Assembly: GCF_964194025.1 (NCBI RefSeq)
Contig: NC_134476.1
Coordinates: 45,012,001-45,076,000, forward strand
Direction of reading: 5' to 3'
Length of the DNA: 64,000 bases
From: Convolutriloba macropyga
Lineage: Eukaryota
Made by a program: the position numbers and the translations under genes. Shown piece after piece: positions 39,101-53,973 of the stretch; within the stretch, counting starts at the first letter, position 1; the number at the start of each line of letters is the position of its first letter. Under the pieces are notes generated by a model, which did not search any database, was not told the DNA's origin, and was given only the letters and a program-made list of their open reading frames with translations.

Positions 39101-42100
39101 TTTTCTGATTTTGAACAATGTCACTGATTTTGAAAAGTTTCCCAAAGCGAGAAAAATGCGGAAATGCAATCAATTTTTCCTAAGAATAAAGGGAAAGGTA
39201 GTGGAGAGTAGAAGCGCGTGACTACTTTATAGGAGAGGAAAATGTAATTTGCTAATGAGAGGTTGAAAGGAGAATAAGTAGTGGAGTGGGAGTTGGAGTA
39301 TGTCCACACAAATTAAGGAGTGCTTTCCATAAAAACAAAAGAGATGGAATGTAAATGGAGTATGTGTTGTTTTAAAGTAATTGTCCCTCTTCTCTTTAAA
39401 CACACCCCTCTCTTCTCTATCTCTCAATCCAATCTAAACTTGTTGACTAATTGAACTCTAAAGCAATTTTAATAGCCACTCTCTTTCAAAATCCCTGCCC
39501 GCCGACTGTAATAATCCGACCACGAATTCCTCTATGCTTTCTTTCGTTTTTCCCCTCTCTGTGCCTTTAATGTTGTGCTGTGCGATTTTTATGATCATAA
39601 ATATACGTTAATATTTTCACTGGCTAGTCATAAAAATTCATCCGTATTCATAAATTATGGAATGGTTGTATAACAGTAACCATACCATGGCTAGAGTGTT
39701 CTTCTCAAATATGATCATGCCTCCTGTACTGTTTAGTCTTTCTCTTGTGAACATTTATTCATCGTAATAACCAAGTTTGGTAACCTATCTCAGCTAATGA
39801 TTTTTTAACTTTCGATAATTTAAATATTTTTTTTTACCGGGAAACGTTATAGAAACTGTACAATATTGTTAGGGAGGTGATTAAAGAAAAGTGGCGATTT
39901 TTGAGGGGAGGGAAAGAGTAATTTAGAAACAAAAGCGATCCACTCAAGAATTCTAATTGAGCAATTTTAGAAATCAGCTGCTTATTTTGAATTTTTTCTG
40001 AACTTTTTGTTTGCAAATAGTCGTTGAAACCTCTTCAAATTATTGAGTCTACCTCACATTACTTCTTTTCTCAACTGTTAAATGGAGCTCTATTCATTAT
40101 TTACTAATGTCTACTTTAAGTGCACAACAAAAAAGCTTAAAACTTAAAGCAGATCCAACCCGCATACAGTACAGTTAGAAAAAATTTGAAAAAGATGCAA
40201 TGCGCAAAAATTGTCTCGTAGTTTTTTCCGATCAATAAATGTTTCTCACAATTACAGTAGCATGATGGCTACGTAGACTGAGGGGCTATAAAAATCCCTA
40301 GATTGGACTATCCCTAAAGTTTCAAAATAAACGCCTCGAGAGTTTTAACCCGATGTGCATTGTTGTTGGAGTCACGTGGTCTATTATGATTTGTTGGTGT
40401 ATCCAAGAAATATCTGATTTTTGCTACCTTGTTTAGTCATCGTATCTATGGCCGCGACATCAGAGCGCCAGACTTTAAAACACTTTAGAAATGCTTCTCA
40501 CATCTGATGACACGTGTATACTTGATATACATTTGATACCATTTGAAAAATGAGCTTTTACTTGCTCTCAAACGAAATTGTTAGCAACTATATTAGTAAT
40601 GTGCTCGTTTTGATATAATCGTTTGCTTGATCTGTTCTGTCTGACGTTTTTAACTTTTTTCAAGTTTCGGTGAACACCTAAAGCTTTGAGGACATAAAGT
40701 CTCTCAGCAGCTCTCTTATTGTTGTACTAGTCCTTACTAGCTTTTACAGTTCACCGAATCAGCTGCTGATATGAGTAAATGGCGTGAAGGGCTGCGCTTT
40801 GGTTTTGGCGGCTCCTCCAATTTTACTCTGTAATGTAAGATAATTTGTGAAGAGAATTGTCGAATAGATATGTCACTATATGAGTTACCGTGAAGTCTAT
40901 CAGAGCGGTATGATTACTTGCTCTCAAAGAAGTTTGTTATTAGTCCTCTCGGTCTTCTTATATAGAATTGTTTGTATTTTTTTATTTATCATCGGACCGA
41001 AGAATTTTTGTGACGTTCATATTCTATAGTTATTAGTCTTCATTTATGTATTTCACCAAAATGGCGAAGCAGACTGTATGAAGGGCAATTATTTGGAGTT
41101 TTAGACCCCCAACACACCTAAAGACTTCCCCCTCCAACCACTCTGTCCTCTCGAATTCTGTCCTACCCAATTTTGTGTATGGGTAAATTTACGGGTAGGA
41201 GTCTTGATTTTATTAAGTTCTGTCGATTGTAGTTCAGAACTTGTCCTGCTGTGTGTTTCAATTTGTCTCCATCGATGATTCTTCATTTTCAGTGACTTCT
41301 ACCGCTCGGTAATTGGATTTTGGATGTTTACGTTACTTATTACTCTTTTGCGGCTATTTTAGAGGCCATGGAGATCTCTTGCGGCTATTTTAGGCAATCT
41401 ATCGACATTTTTAATATATTTTTTATTTTTTAGAATGCAATCAATTACCAGATAGCATTTGTCTAATCAAACAGCGCAGAAGGACTAATTAAAACCCGAT
41501 TTGAAATTGTAACACGCCACGTTGAAATTGTTACAATTTCAATCAGTTTCAAGACTTTAGTTGTTGGTTTATTAAAGGTTTGCAACCCCAGGCGAGATCA
41601 TATTTTTACTTTAAAAGGTCTAGCCAGTTTCTTGCGAAAAAATAATACTTTGAAAGATCTTGCAAGAAGAGGATATTTTTGCAGGAATATCGTAATCTTA
41701 CAATTCGAATGGTTATTTTGCAAGTTTCTTACGAGTTTGTTTCGGTCGAGCTCTGCTCTCATTGGTTTTTATTGACGCATCATTTCTTTTTTCTGCACAA
41801 ATTTCCCAAGAAATAGTTGCGGGTCTCGAGAGGTAAATTAAAACAGCAATAGATTGTATGTCTGAATTTTATTTATAAATAACTAATTCAGCTAGGGATT
41901 AAAAAATACAGTCAGTTGGGCGTAGACCATTACTTTTCACAATTTGACAATCATTTAAAATTTAAATTTTTTTTACTAAATTTACTCAATGACACTTTTC
42001 GTTTATTTTCTTAGAATTAATTCTCTTATGTGATAATAATATTTATGTCTCTTACATCTTTTTTTTTTACTTCATTTCAGTTTTTACACTTGTACTCTTA

Positions 42101-45100
42101 TTTCGTAAAAGAGATGCTAACCTGGCTTTTGGAACTGCTTTACAATCTTTTATTTCACCGGCTAATTATTTCGTATATTTAGGGTGATCAGTCACAGCCG
42201 GTCTCTGACCAAAATAAAACGGACACTTCGGGTTTTTGGAATTTGTTTATACATTTTTGTCAACCAATTCAAAAAATTTACCAAAAAATCTGTATCAAAT
42301 GAAGAACAAATACAAAATTTAAAGAATTGCTGGGCAAATACTGCTAGTAAAATATTTTTTACCAACACTGCAATAATGAAATTGAAATATACCTTGCACT
42401 CTCATTGGCTCCTTACCCTCAAGTGTAAACACCTGACCCTGTGTTTTATTTATCGATTATTGTTATTGTTTTCTTCTCTTTTCTATATATGCAGGCTCAA
42501 CAACTTTTTCTGACCTTCTGGCAAAGTTATTTTTCGTTCCCCGGATTGGAAAGAAATCAATTAAATAAATCTAGTTGCACTTGAGTTTATCCCTCCATTC
42601 CAAACTTTTCACCCTCTTTTCACTATATCCTTTATACACTGTTGGTTGGGTAGTTTCAATGTATATTCCACTACAATAGCCCAGTGCCCACTTTTTACAT
42701 TATAAGAAACTAGCGTGACAATTATTTCACTTCATTCTATTCATGCGTAGTAGTTGCCCCAGTCAATTTTGAGACTGAGCACCCCCGCCGTTCTTTTCTT
42801 GAAAGCGTTTGTTTAAAAGAGGCATTTGTGGGAGAATTGTGTGAGATAGTTATTGGGTGGGATATGTGTTCACCACAGTTACCCCAATGGGGGAGGAGAG
42901 GTGACACATTACCCAAATTTACATCTAGACACGGAATAATTGTTTTTAAATAACATGAAAATTTATAACAGTTTGAATATTTTTTTTTAATAAAAATCGG
43001 GGATGGGTTCTGACGTGTGTTTTGTAATCTGGCTGTTGTTATGTTTATGCAAGCATGTTGGTGATATATAAGGTCGCCGGATTTCTAAATTTCCTGCTTT
43101 CCTTGAAAAAATGCTCCAGAAAAGAGAAAAGCCGTCTGAATTTGTTGTGGTTGGACTCATTCTTATTGTCAAGGTATCAGCAATAGACCCAGTTTTGGTG
43201 ATTTTTGTTCCAACTTTGGGCTCAAAGTTTACAAGCACAAGCCTTCCTTATGGCAATAGAGGCAATCAATTAACATAATAGCGCAGCCAACTCTTCAAAA
43301 GCCCCCGGGAACACAAATAGCTGCTTCCCATTCTTGGCCCAATTGCTCAAGTACACAAAAAGTAGAGGAATGAATCTTTTAAGATGCTGCAAAATATTTT
43401 TATAGCGTCTCTTGCCCAATTTTGGAATGCGGCACTGGGGAAAAATTTTGGTTAGAATGGGCGCAGCAGGACTGTTACCCATGTGTGTATGTGAAATTAC
43501 AAGTCACAATAAAAGAGCTCTTTGTTTTGATTAAATTAAATCGGGCCGCTTTTAAAGTCTGATTCTGTAGAAGATACTTAGAGAGAGCCGCCGAAATCTG
43601 GGCTGTTCAAAATAGTTTTGCTTCCTGGCTAGTAGCCCAAAAGACTGCTTTGATTAACCCGCAAGTAATTTGGGGAATTGAGGCGCATCCTTTGAAAAGT
43701 GACTATTTATGTTGATCCTGTTAATATTACTTTTTATTAACAAATATTTACCTAAATTCTCCCCTTGAAAATTAGATTTCATTCCAATAAACGATGCTTC
43801 AATAAGCAGTGCTTATCAACATCGTATTCTCCTCGCCATATTAAAGTTTAAACAACATTTCCCATGACCTGTTCTTTCCATTTACTAATATTGGAACTCA
43901 GACCTAGAAAATTGGCCCAACTCAAAGCAAAATAAAATTAACAGCTAAAATTTGTTGAAAAAGGGAAAACAAACACGATTTTAAAATTGTTAAAGTGAAA
44001 GTCAAGTACCTTTCGAGTCGGGATTTTTAAAAACATTGTCCATTTTACGAATCCGTTGAGAGCTTTTGTCCTGGAAAATAAGTGCTCTTAAGTCAGGAAA
44101 AACATCCTAAAATGGCAGTTTTTAACTCTCGAGATCCTTTCAGGCTCAAAATATCAGCATGAAAGAAACGTATTTTAAGTTTGCAAGTGCATTTTAAAGC
44201 CTTTTGTCTGACAAATTTAATTTGTGAAGCTTTTTCAATTCAGACGAGAATTTCAAATTGGTTTTTGTGCGTTGTATTGTCTTTTTATAGTCCACTTTGT
44301 GTAAATAAGCTGAAATTTGGGATTAAAAGTGGGCAGTTTCAGACAATGTGACTTAATGGGCTCTTTTTTGCGTAACAAAATGATGCGGAAATTAATTAAA
44401 TTACGGCTGATTAAATTTAATTTAATTCCTTGGGTGATCATTGTAGGTTGGTAATGGTTATCAATGGGTAGTAATGGCAAGCAGAATAGTTAACGTTGTT
44501 AGTTATGCCTAACTTGTTGACAGTTTTGTCATTCTAGTTAATTCTATAAATTTCACTGATGTTTATAGTATCGTAAATTGAGGAAAAATTTGAGGAAATT
44601 TGGGAATTTTTCCCTGTAAAAGCCTTGTGGGTATCGTGTCACTCATAATCATTGGCAGTGACATGCTTGTAAGTCAGTAACTGACTCTCTCTCTCTCTGC
44701 TTTACTCAATACAACTAACTAACCCCAAATCATAATCGCTGCTTTTAAATACTCCACTGCTGTTCCCATTCACCCCTTCCCCTTCCCTTCGCTATTTGTA
44801 CCCCCACCATGCCATGCTAATAGTTCCCCATGAAACGAAAGAGAGGAGAATAGCAGTAACTGCACCCTTACTTCAACAGAACACTGCTAGGAGGCATTTA
44901 AGATTGATTCCGTTTGCTATATAGATTGCTGCCTCCTAATTAGGACAGCTTTTCTCTTCATATGAGGAGGAGGCATTTTAAACTGTTTTAGGTGGTGAAC
45001 ATGATATCTTCTCAAATAACGCAAAGCTTTTATTATCTAAGATTAAAGTTACATTGCCAAAAGCAGTTTCACTACATTTTTCACAATCAATTTGCATACT

Positions 45101-45867
45101 GAGTGAGAGAGAGCTATTAATCAGAGAGAGTTATTTGTCCAAAAAAGCTTCCGAATTTTGGAAATGGTCATATGATTTAGCATGCCTTTTGTCCGATTTA
45201 GGACGGTACAAATGTAATATTCCTTCAAATTATATCATAAAATGTTTGCATTTTTTCAAGGAAACCTTTAAGTTGCCTATGCACGTACTGTAGATAGAAT
45301 TATGATCACAATCATAGAAATGTTTGGAGATAAACAGTCATTTTACTGATGAAGAATACAATGATTGTAGTGACAACCTGGTACATGAGTATTGTCGTCG
45401 ATAAGTAAATTTACTTCTGATCACATATCAACTTGTCTTTTTTGGATCTCTTGGTTTTAATTGGTTTTAATCTCTTGGTCTTAATCAAAATTTTGGCAAG
45501 AAAATTTCCACTTCAGGCCGAGCAATTTTGGCAAATAAGAAATGGACATCCCAAAACACGATCGAACAAGAAAATGTTTTTATTCTCGAACGAATGTAAT
45601 CGCCAGTGTTGCCGATATAATTTTTTCTACCGCGTTGCAAACTACAACAATCCGATGTCAATGGCGCGTGATTTTCCCAACTATAATCCATATTCAGGTC
45701 CTCCTAAATTCAAAAGAGAACTCAAATAATATCTATTTGATTTAGCTAAGAAGAATTTTAATAACAAATCATGCCCATATGGATAGACAGTGTTTGAGGG
45801 AAATCAAATTCAAGCCCCGTTAGTGACTTGCTACGCTTGGTGAAACCAAGTTTGGTGAAATTCATCA

Positions 45868-45871
<4 letters not shown>

Positions 45872-45912
<41 letters not shown>
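45872..45912. repeat. (TTA)n microsatellite
   Basis: Perfect run. Confidence 0.95.
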
Positions 45913-45914
<2 letters not shown>

Positions 45915-48029
45915 AACAAATTTAAAAAATGTTAAAACATCATCTGCTTCAGCAATTTAAAATGTTTTGGTTGGAATGTTTCTTGCTATAATGTTGATAG
46001 CAAGAAGCGCAGAACTGTGAGCCAGCTGCAAGCAAAAAAGCCTCCTTAATGTCTCATGACCTTTGATTATGTGGGTTTCAGTATGCCAATTGCAAACCAA
46101 ATAGCGTGGGTTCCACTATCTTAGTTGAAAACCCGATTGTGTGGGTTTTACTATTCCAAATGAAAACACGATTGATTAAACTTAATTAATTATGAGTTTT
46201 TATTTTTACCTGACTAAAGTGGGGAGAATAGAAACAAATTTCATATCTAGAAAACTGAAATGAACTGCTGAAAATTGATTTATTAAACTTGTGATCTGCT
46301 GTTTTATAAACCTTCTCATGGTAACCAAGCTAATTGTTGTTCCAATTCCCAATTTGTGTAAAAAAATTTAAAATGTTACCATTGGAAAGAAACATTAGCT
46401 ACTTCAAAAGTAATTTTTATTTTTAGCAGAAAACAGAACCCTTAATTGTGATTTAAAATTTTGTTCGAGAGCACAAAATGTATATATTATACCTGACTTG
46501 TAATTTTTAACCGACTGGTTTTAAAGTAATTTACTTGTCAATTCGGAAAAAAAGAACATATAACAAAATTGTTACGTGTGACTTATTGAAGTGACGTTTA
46601 AAAAAAGACGTTTTAAGATTGAGGAAGTTTGATCAAATTTTTGTCAAATAGGTCTTTTCATGAAATAGTTGTATATCATTGACAAATTGGAACAAACATA
46701 TTGGCACATCAAGTTATTGACTGACTGCTTACTGATGGTCAGCTGTGAAGGCTTGTTCGGAAGTAACTATCACGGCTTAGAAACTAAACTGGTTAGAAAC
46801 TAAGTTATAACCAACTAGCTTGCTTTGAGTAGTACTAGAGACTTGTAGAGTGAGAGATGGGCATATAGTGCGATAGGGTGAGAGTGAATACGGACATAAT
46901 GATGAACAGCGGGATCTCCTGACCAATTAGTGTCACTACACTGTCTCTTAGTTAGTTAGTTAGATCTACCTGTTTAGTATGTGTGCTCGTCTCTCCTTAC
47001 TCAACTCTCTCCAGTCCGCAGGAGTGACATTTGAACAAGAAGAGCTAATTGTAATTGATAGCCTGACTACTGTTATCACTATTACCACCACTACTAACTA
47101 ACTATAATCTAGATATGATTTGTAACACTGATTGACGCTTCTTTTTGTGATCAATATCGCAAAAGGAGAGAACTTTGTTGCACTTGATTCCACTGCAGTC
47201 AAAGATACTTCACTGTAGTCAGAAGAAGATACAAATAATTAACTTAACTGTACTCAGTACCCATTCCCTCTCACATACACCAATGTAGACTGTGACTGTT
47301 TGTGATTGATTGATTAGTTTAGTAGCATAATCAAGTTAACCAGTACTAGTCATAATTCTATTCAAAAACTAATGTCATTCTTCTATTTCTGCCATGAAGC
47401 AAAGCATCTGAAACATTGTCTGCTATTTTTGAATCGTAGTAACATTTGTATTTCGCACATTAATCGCCCATTTCCTAATGTCATCTCTTTCTTAAGTTAT
47501 ATGATGCAGAGCTTAAATGCTGTAGTGACTGAATGATAGTGATTGGAATGTTAATAGTGTCTAAATTTGGCCAATCAGTCCACGGGTGACCCCTGCCCCT
47601 TTTCTCTCTCCCATTTTTCTCCTTCTAATGCCAATCGGAACAGGAGAACGGGAGTAGTGGGAAAAGCACCCCTCGCTTCCTCTTTTTCTCATCGCCCCCT
47701 TTATTTTTAACTCAGTGAGCTAGCTAACGTTGTCAACTGTAATTGAAATTCTAGCCCGTAGTTATCTTAACTTTTCAGCCTCATTAACTGCGTCAATCTT
47801 GTCAATCACTCGAAATTTAACTCCTATGTGAAAATTTGATCGAAGATTAGTTTTTCCAGAAATTTGATATTTTACTGAATTCCAGTCGTCACATCAATAA
47901 CATATATTAAAACCATTGCTTATAAGATGCAATTTTTCTAGTTAGTTAACATTTGGTATAAAATATATTTGTTGCAATGAAATCAAGCAATGTTTGTTTA
48001 AGGTTCGGGCGAAATTGAAAACCCCTACA

Positions 48030-48140
48030 AGCCGTCGAATCAGAGCGCAGAGCATTTTAGCCAATCACACGCCATAATCAATACAGCCAATCAGGGTGCA
48101 GTACCGCCTCCACGATCTGTGAAGACGCCGCCATCTTTAC
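48030..48140. promoter_or_regulatory. Candidate Pol II promoter: two CCAAT boxes and a YY1-type motif
   Basis: agccaatca at 48059 and 48085; gccgccatctt at 48127; locally GC/CpG-rich. Confidence 0.4.
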
Positions 48141-50159
48141 TTAGCAGAGCAGGCAACAAGCCTAACTTCTCCCCACACAAATCTCAGAGCATTTATGAAG
48201 ATTTGGAAACTTCTAAAAACTCTTCAATTTACATTTCAAACGATACTAGGTCCAAAATGTGCTAGAAATTAATGCGATGCATAGCTTAAGCTGTCAAAAC
48301 TTTTGGACCTAATTGGTTAGTGCTGCAGACACACTAACTTAATACTTGATAAAAGACTTGATACAACCATTCCGTCATTTATAGTATTTTTGCAGATGAA
48401 AATTAAGTACCAAGTTTTTAGATTTGTTGACAGCAGAATCGATACATTTTGTAGGCATTTGTTTTAATTTGAGATTTTGATTGCTGTACTATTGCAGATT
48501 TGAGTGAGCATGTGTTGAATAAAACAGCCTTTACAAACAAATTTCTTGTACAAGTGAACAAGACATCTCTGATACTCTGCAGGGAGCAGAAATTCGAACA
48601 CACCTGCTGATGCTGACGTAGAGCAAATGGGAGGAATGAGTATATTGTTTTTGAATTGAAACCACAAATAAAATAGATCATTACAAAAAGCAATAGATTG
48701 TTATCTGTCAAGCAGTCTGGTCAGGTTCTGTGAGTAGCACAGAAAGGTCTAACATTATTTTTGGTGGACGTAAAAGTCATCAGTATTTAAATATTGAAAC
48801 AAACAAGACTGCTCACGAAATTCTGTGCATAACTCCGAAATTTTCGGCATTGTCAACCTGTGCTCAAAACAAAGGAACTATAGAAGGGAAAATTCAGAAA
48901 CAAGTGAGCAACTGTCATTCATACAATCTCAATTCATGATATTGGAATTTTTGAGCAGAAATTTTAAATTCACTCTTCAAAATCTTGCTTTTGTGAAGAC
49001 GATGAAAAGTTCCGGAATCCAGATTTTGCTTTTAAAAACGGTCTGCTCAATATCATTGGGACAATAAATTTTTATATCAAAATTGAAACCCGAAAGTTGA
49101 AAATGTCTAAATACTATCATCTCCAGAAATTAATTTTCAAGATAGAGTAGATACAAGTATTGTAATAAATTTAAAACATGAAAAACCTAATAAACCTTGA
49201 TTTTTAAATCAGAAACTTTTATTTCAAGAAATAAAACGTCTTTTAATGTTGTTCTTTCGAAAATGAATACAAAAAAGTTTCACAAAAGGCAAAAGTGTTT
49301 CTGTATAGTTGAGAAAATTTGAAGCCATAAACATCCGTACTTTGTAAGCCCGTTTTTTGAAGGTCTCTAATCATCTACATCAAAAGCCAGAGAAGTAAGC
49401 AAAAGACTGTGAAATAAAAATTCCTGTATGAAAGTGTTAGCCAGAACGAATTAGCAAAAACTTGCCTTGACCTGGCGAGAATTAGCAAGAAGATTTTATT
49501 TCATCAAACATTTTTTCCTTGTTTTCTTTTTGTTCAAAAACCAGTCCAGTGCTATCAAAACAATAAAAATTAGTATTAATAATATTCGGAAGAATCAACC
49601 AGATCCACTTTTTTCTGTAAAATCAAAAGAACCGAAAACACAATTTGACCAAAATTGTTAAAAAAAATCAACTTACAATTCTTAAAACTAATAAAAAAAA
49701 TATGACTCATGTCAATAGCTAGCGTGTTATTACACAGCTAAACCAATGTTTGCTTTTCAGCTGATAACGATCCAACAAATCGACTTAGAAGTGGCCAGAA
49801 CAAATGAAAAATGATTACAGCTTTTGTTTTCCGAGAAACGTTATCTGTCCTTAGAGAAACTCTCTCTGTAGAAAAACAATTCTTAAACTAATAAGAACCA
49901 ATAAAAATTTTTCAGAAATTTTTATATAAGTAATTTGGAAACCATATTGCCAAAAACCAGGAAAAAAAACCGAATAAGCCAGCACCAATTTTTTTTTTCA
50001 ATTCTTCCTTTCCTTTTCTGAATAATTGACATGAGAATTTAGGTCTTCATCGCAGCAATAGAGCAAAAATTCTAAGTTTTTGTTTCTGCTGTAGTGTTTC
50101 GACTTGTGCTTGAAAGCAACTCTGAATTGTCTTCAATTGGAAGAATATGCCATACTTAA

Positions 50160-50628
50160 AGAATTTTTGTCGTATGAATTCTGACAAAAACCTTATCAAA
50201 AAGATGAGTCATAGCTTTCTGAATGTTTATCTTACAAGAACTTTTAAGATTTTATACGATAAATCTTTTTTATCAGGCAGAATTTTTATCGTGTGAGATC
50301 TGATATAAGAATTTTGATCGTACCAGTTCTGATAACAGAAGTCTTATAAAGTAAGATCTGGTTAAAGGAAATTTTTGTATCTGAAACCGTACCAAAAAGA
50401 GTTTTTAACCTGTAAGAATTGATAAGACGGATTAATTATCGTGTAAGATCTGATTAGAGAGAGTTTTTAACGTGTATGGTCATATAAGAGGAATATTTGG
50501 CGGTGTAAGATCTGGCAAACGTCTTATGAGATCTGATAAGCAGATGCATCCTCTTACAGGCTTCTATCAACATGGTTTTGTCAGACATTTGTCAGATCTT
50601 GCACGGTAAAAATTCTGTGAACACTGGG
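50160..50628. mobile_element. Degenerate MITE-like element with internal ~40-bp repeats
   Basis: Repeated aatttttatcgtgtaagatctgat-like units; an inverted copy at the right end terminates in ...gtgaacactggg. Confidence 0.5.
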
Positions 50629-53600
50629 GCAACCAAATATTTATTCATATCAAGTGAAGTAGAAAACTTATGACAAACTGTTCTGATCTTCTACTATTTT
50701 TAAAAACTCAACACAAAATTTATTAGGTTTCAGTTTGTGTGTATAAGTGAAAAGTTTATTGCTTGTGTTTCTAATGGAAGTTTCCGATGTTCAACAATTT
50801 TAAAAAAAGTAGAAAATTTATTTATTTTATTTATAACACGCACTTACTGCCACGTCAATTTCAGTATTGGCCAAGTCTAATTGCAAGACTAACTTCGTTT
50901 CAGATTCCGAGCTATGGTCATAACACATTTAACAATGGTTATCCTTGCGCAGGTTTTGGCCAAAGCGTGAAAGTGTGAATACATGTCTAGGCAATTATTT
51001 AAAAAGCAACCACAAAAGTCACTGAAAACGGAAAAAATAATGAAAGCAAAATGGAGCTAACAAACTGTCCAGAAGTTCCAGAAAGCAGAAAAATTGTCCA
51101 AAGTAGATAAAAAACAAGCGAAAAATGCTGAAAAATTGTCTTAAGTTGTTCGGGAAATCTACAGAAATTGGTCAAAAAATTCTTTAAAAAGGTACATTAA
51201 CTTAAAATTTTGACCTGTTTTGAGGGTTAAGTTTTGTTTTTGATTGAATTATTTTTGTACTGTCAGTTAGTGACCCAAAGAGGCACCATCAGAGCAGAAA
51301 TGGTTCAAGTTTTTAGAATCAAAAGTACTCGCCTCAAAGTTTAGATATTCGATTGATTTTCAATGAAAAAAGGTTTCAAAGCAAATTGGCGGTTAAAAAG
51401 TTTGGTGTGAATTTAAAAATTTAACATAAGAGATTTGAAACAGTCAGACCTAACCGCTGACCTATTTTTCGTAAAACAATAAAACTCGTCAAAAATGAAC
51501 AACAATTATCCCAAATTATAAAACCGAGAAAAATTTATATTCCACCACTGTTTGAGCTATTGAGCATTACTTTGGAGCTATTGGACAGAGAGTAAAAAAA
51601 TGAAAAAAAATGAATGAAAAAATATTGAGCAGAATTTAATGTTTTCAAAAAATCTATGCAATTCCTCATTATCAGTTGTAACATCAAAAATAGCACTTTT
51701 AAAAGTTCTTAATAAAAAAGAAACCATTAGATTGTTTTGTTTTGGCAAAAATATAATCTTTATGCAAACCAAGCGAAAACTGCACGAAAAATTTGTAAAC
51801 TATATGTTTATCTATTATAATAATATTCTATTATTATTTAACTTGTGAACAAAAACAAAATTTTTTTGTTTTATTATAATCTTCATTATTTCTCCAAAAA
51901 GGGGGAAATGTCAAACGGGCTAGATGTTAATACAAATATCGCTTACCGTATTTAGTTTAACTTCATAATTTCAAGGGCAGTAATGGCCTACTCAACTAGT
52001 CATTTGCGACGCGAATTCTTAAATCCAAAAGTAAATTCAGAATTTTACTTAATAAGCTTTCAATTGCGGCGCAATCGCCTATTCTAACTAAGTGAGAGTC
52101 AAACGCGACGCAATCGGATCAGTCTAATCTTCGGCCGTTCAACACCTTGAGCCCTTTTTTACAACTATATTTTTAATGATACAGGTATTTTGTTTTGAAG
52201 TAATTTTCTTTGCCCCTGATGCGTTTTTGTTTTTTAGATCACTGGTGACAACGATTTTGCTACGTGGCTATTGCTGTGTACACTATGTTCCCTGCTATGT
52301 AGCCTATTTAACATTGCTATACGTTTTAATAATTGAGTTTCCTTTAAATGAGACTGTAGTCTATCGTTTTCGCCTACTTGTTATGTTTAACTTTTTTCCT
52401 CAAAGGAGGTATCGACTTCAGTAAGCAGTGTAAGTTTACAGATGAGAACGTGTCTTTGCTAGTCGATGAAGTTCTTGGGGTCGGCACTTATTTTGCAAAC
52501 GCTTTCAGGAAAATCTTAACCGGTAGAGATCGATTACTTAAATAAAAGAAGGCTCATTTTCTCCAGTAATGGCAATTAGCTCCACTTTCCTATTTATCCT
52601 AAACTAGCAACTGTTTATCCTAAACCAGGACGGACTTGCATTAGTCGAATGTCATTGTGCTGACCTAAATTTTGAAGTTTAAGCGTAGTTATGAATGCTG
52701 CTTTCTGATCAAATATTTGTTCGGAAATAGACGTTTCAACGCTGATCCATCAAAAACCTAATGCTTGCTTGCATCTATTCTTTCGAAAAATTCTGCAATT
52801 CCGAGGAGGAGCCAGCGTGACTTGGCTAAAAACTGTGTAACCGTTTCTCAAGAGATCTCTCAGTTTGATCTTATTCATTGCAACAGACTAAAGGCTTCTG
52901 TTCCTCGTACCCTGGAAAAATTCTCCGAAACTGTGCTTAAAACTTTCTCTAAGTTCTTCGACCTAGAATGCACTAGAAGCTTTATTCTTTTGTGTTAAAC
53001 TATCACGTGGTATTTTCGATCCCCTCCTTCACACGTGATTTCCCGAGTTCAAGCGCTAATCATCCGTTAAAAAATAGATATTGAGATCTTCATTGAATAA
53101 TTACAAGGCAATATTTGGTTACCTCGATGTAGCACCGTGACCCATATTCTGTTTTCTTCTATTGAAAGCAACCGGATAAAAACATGATTACTGTACACGT
53201 AACAACCTGTTGTTTGTACATAAATTGCTTCAAAGTACAAAGTTTTCAACATTTTTAAGAAGATAAACCTAATATAGACCTGTATATTTGGTTAATAAAG
53301 TACAGAAGAAGTAAAGTATATGTATATAAAAAGTAATTACACTGTTAAATCGAGTGTCAGTATTCGTTTGTATATGTACTTAAAAAACACCAAGAAATGT
53401 GCAAATCGGAAGTGTACCGGTTGAGAGATCGACAAATAATTACAAAATAAATTTAGGCCGAGGTAAAGATCTACCTAAGACCGGACCACCACAATAACGG
53501 AAAACCACCCCAAGAGATCAGCTGATAAAACTCTCTCTTAAAACTTGATAATTTCTTTCTTCGGAAATAACATTGTGACTCAATAATAAGTCTGATTAAA

Positions 53601-53847
53601 TTTCTAGAAAACTTGGTTCTGTCTAGGTTTAGATTGATTGAATGTCTCATCAATTGAAACCCCTTTTTCTAAAAAATAGTACCCATAAAACGGATAGCGC
53701 TCATCCAAAATTGCTCCAAATAGGCCGACTGTCAATTGCAATGCTTAGAACTGCATTGTATAACAACTAAATTGCTGAAAGGTAGTTGCCTTAACTGTGT
53801 CTTAAAACAACTAAGTGTGCAACCACATTGACACTCTAAAACTAGTG

Positions 53848-53943
53848 CACGAAATGAGCAGTTAGCAAACAGTCGCTTTCTTTTACACTGCATTACACGA
53901 AATGAGCAGTTAGCAAACAGTCGCTTTCTTTTACACTGCATTA
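53848..53943. repeat. 48-bp perfect tandem duplication in the LINE 5' UTR
   Basis: Unit cacgaaatgagcagttagc...acactgcatta at 53848 and 53896. Confidence 0.95.
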
Positions 53944-53973
53944 CGTAATAAAATTTCAACTGCATTCTTAACT

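Noticed and set aside
36200-53700. Numerous 60-110 aa ORFs
   Set aside because: AT-rich random-like composition, mostly non-ATG starts, no domains and no consistent splice chain.
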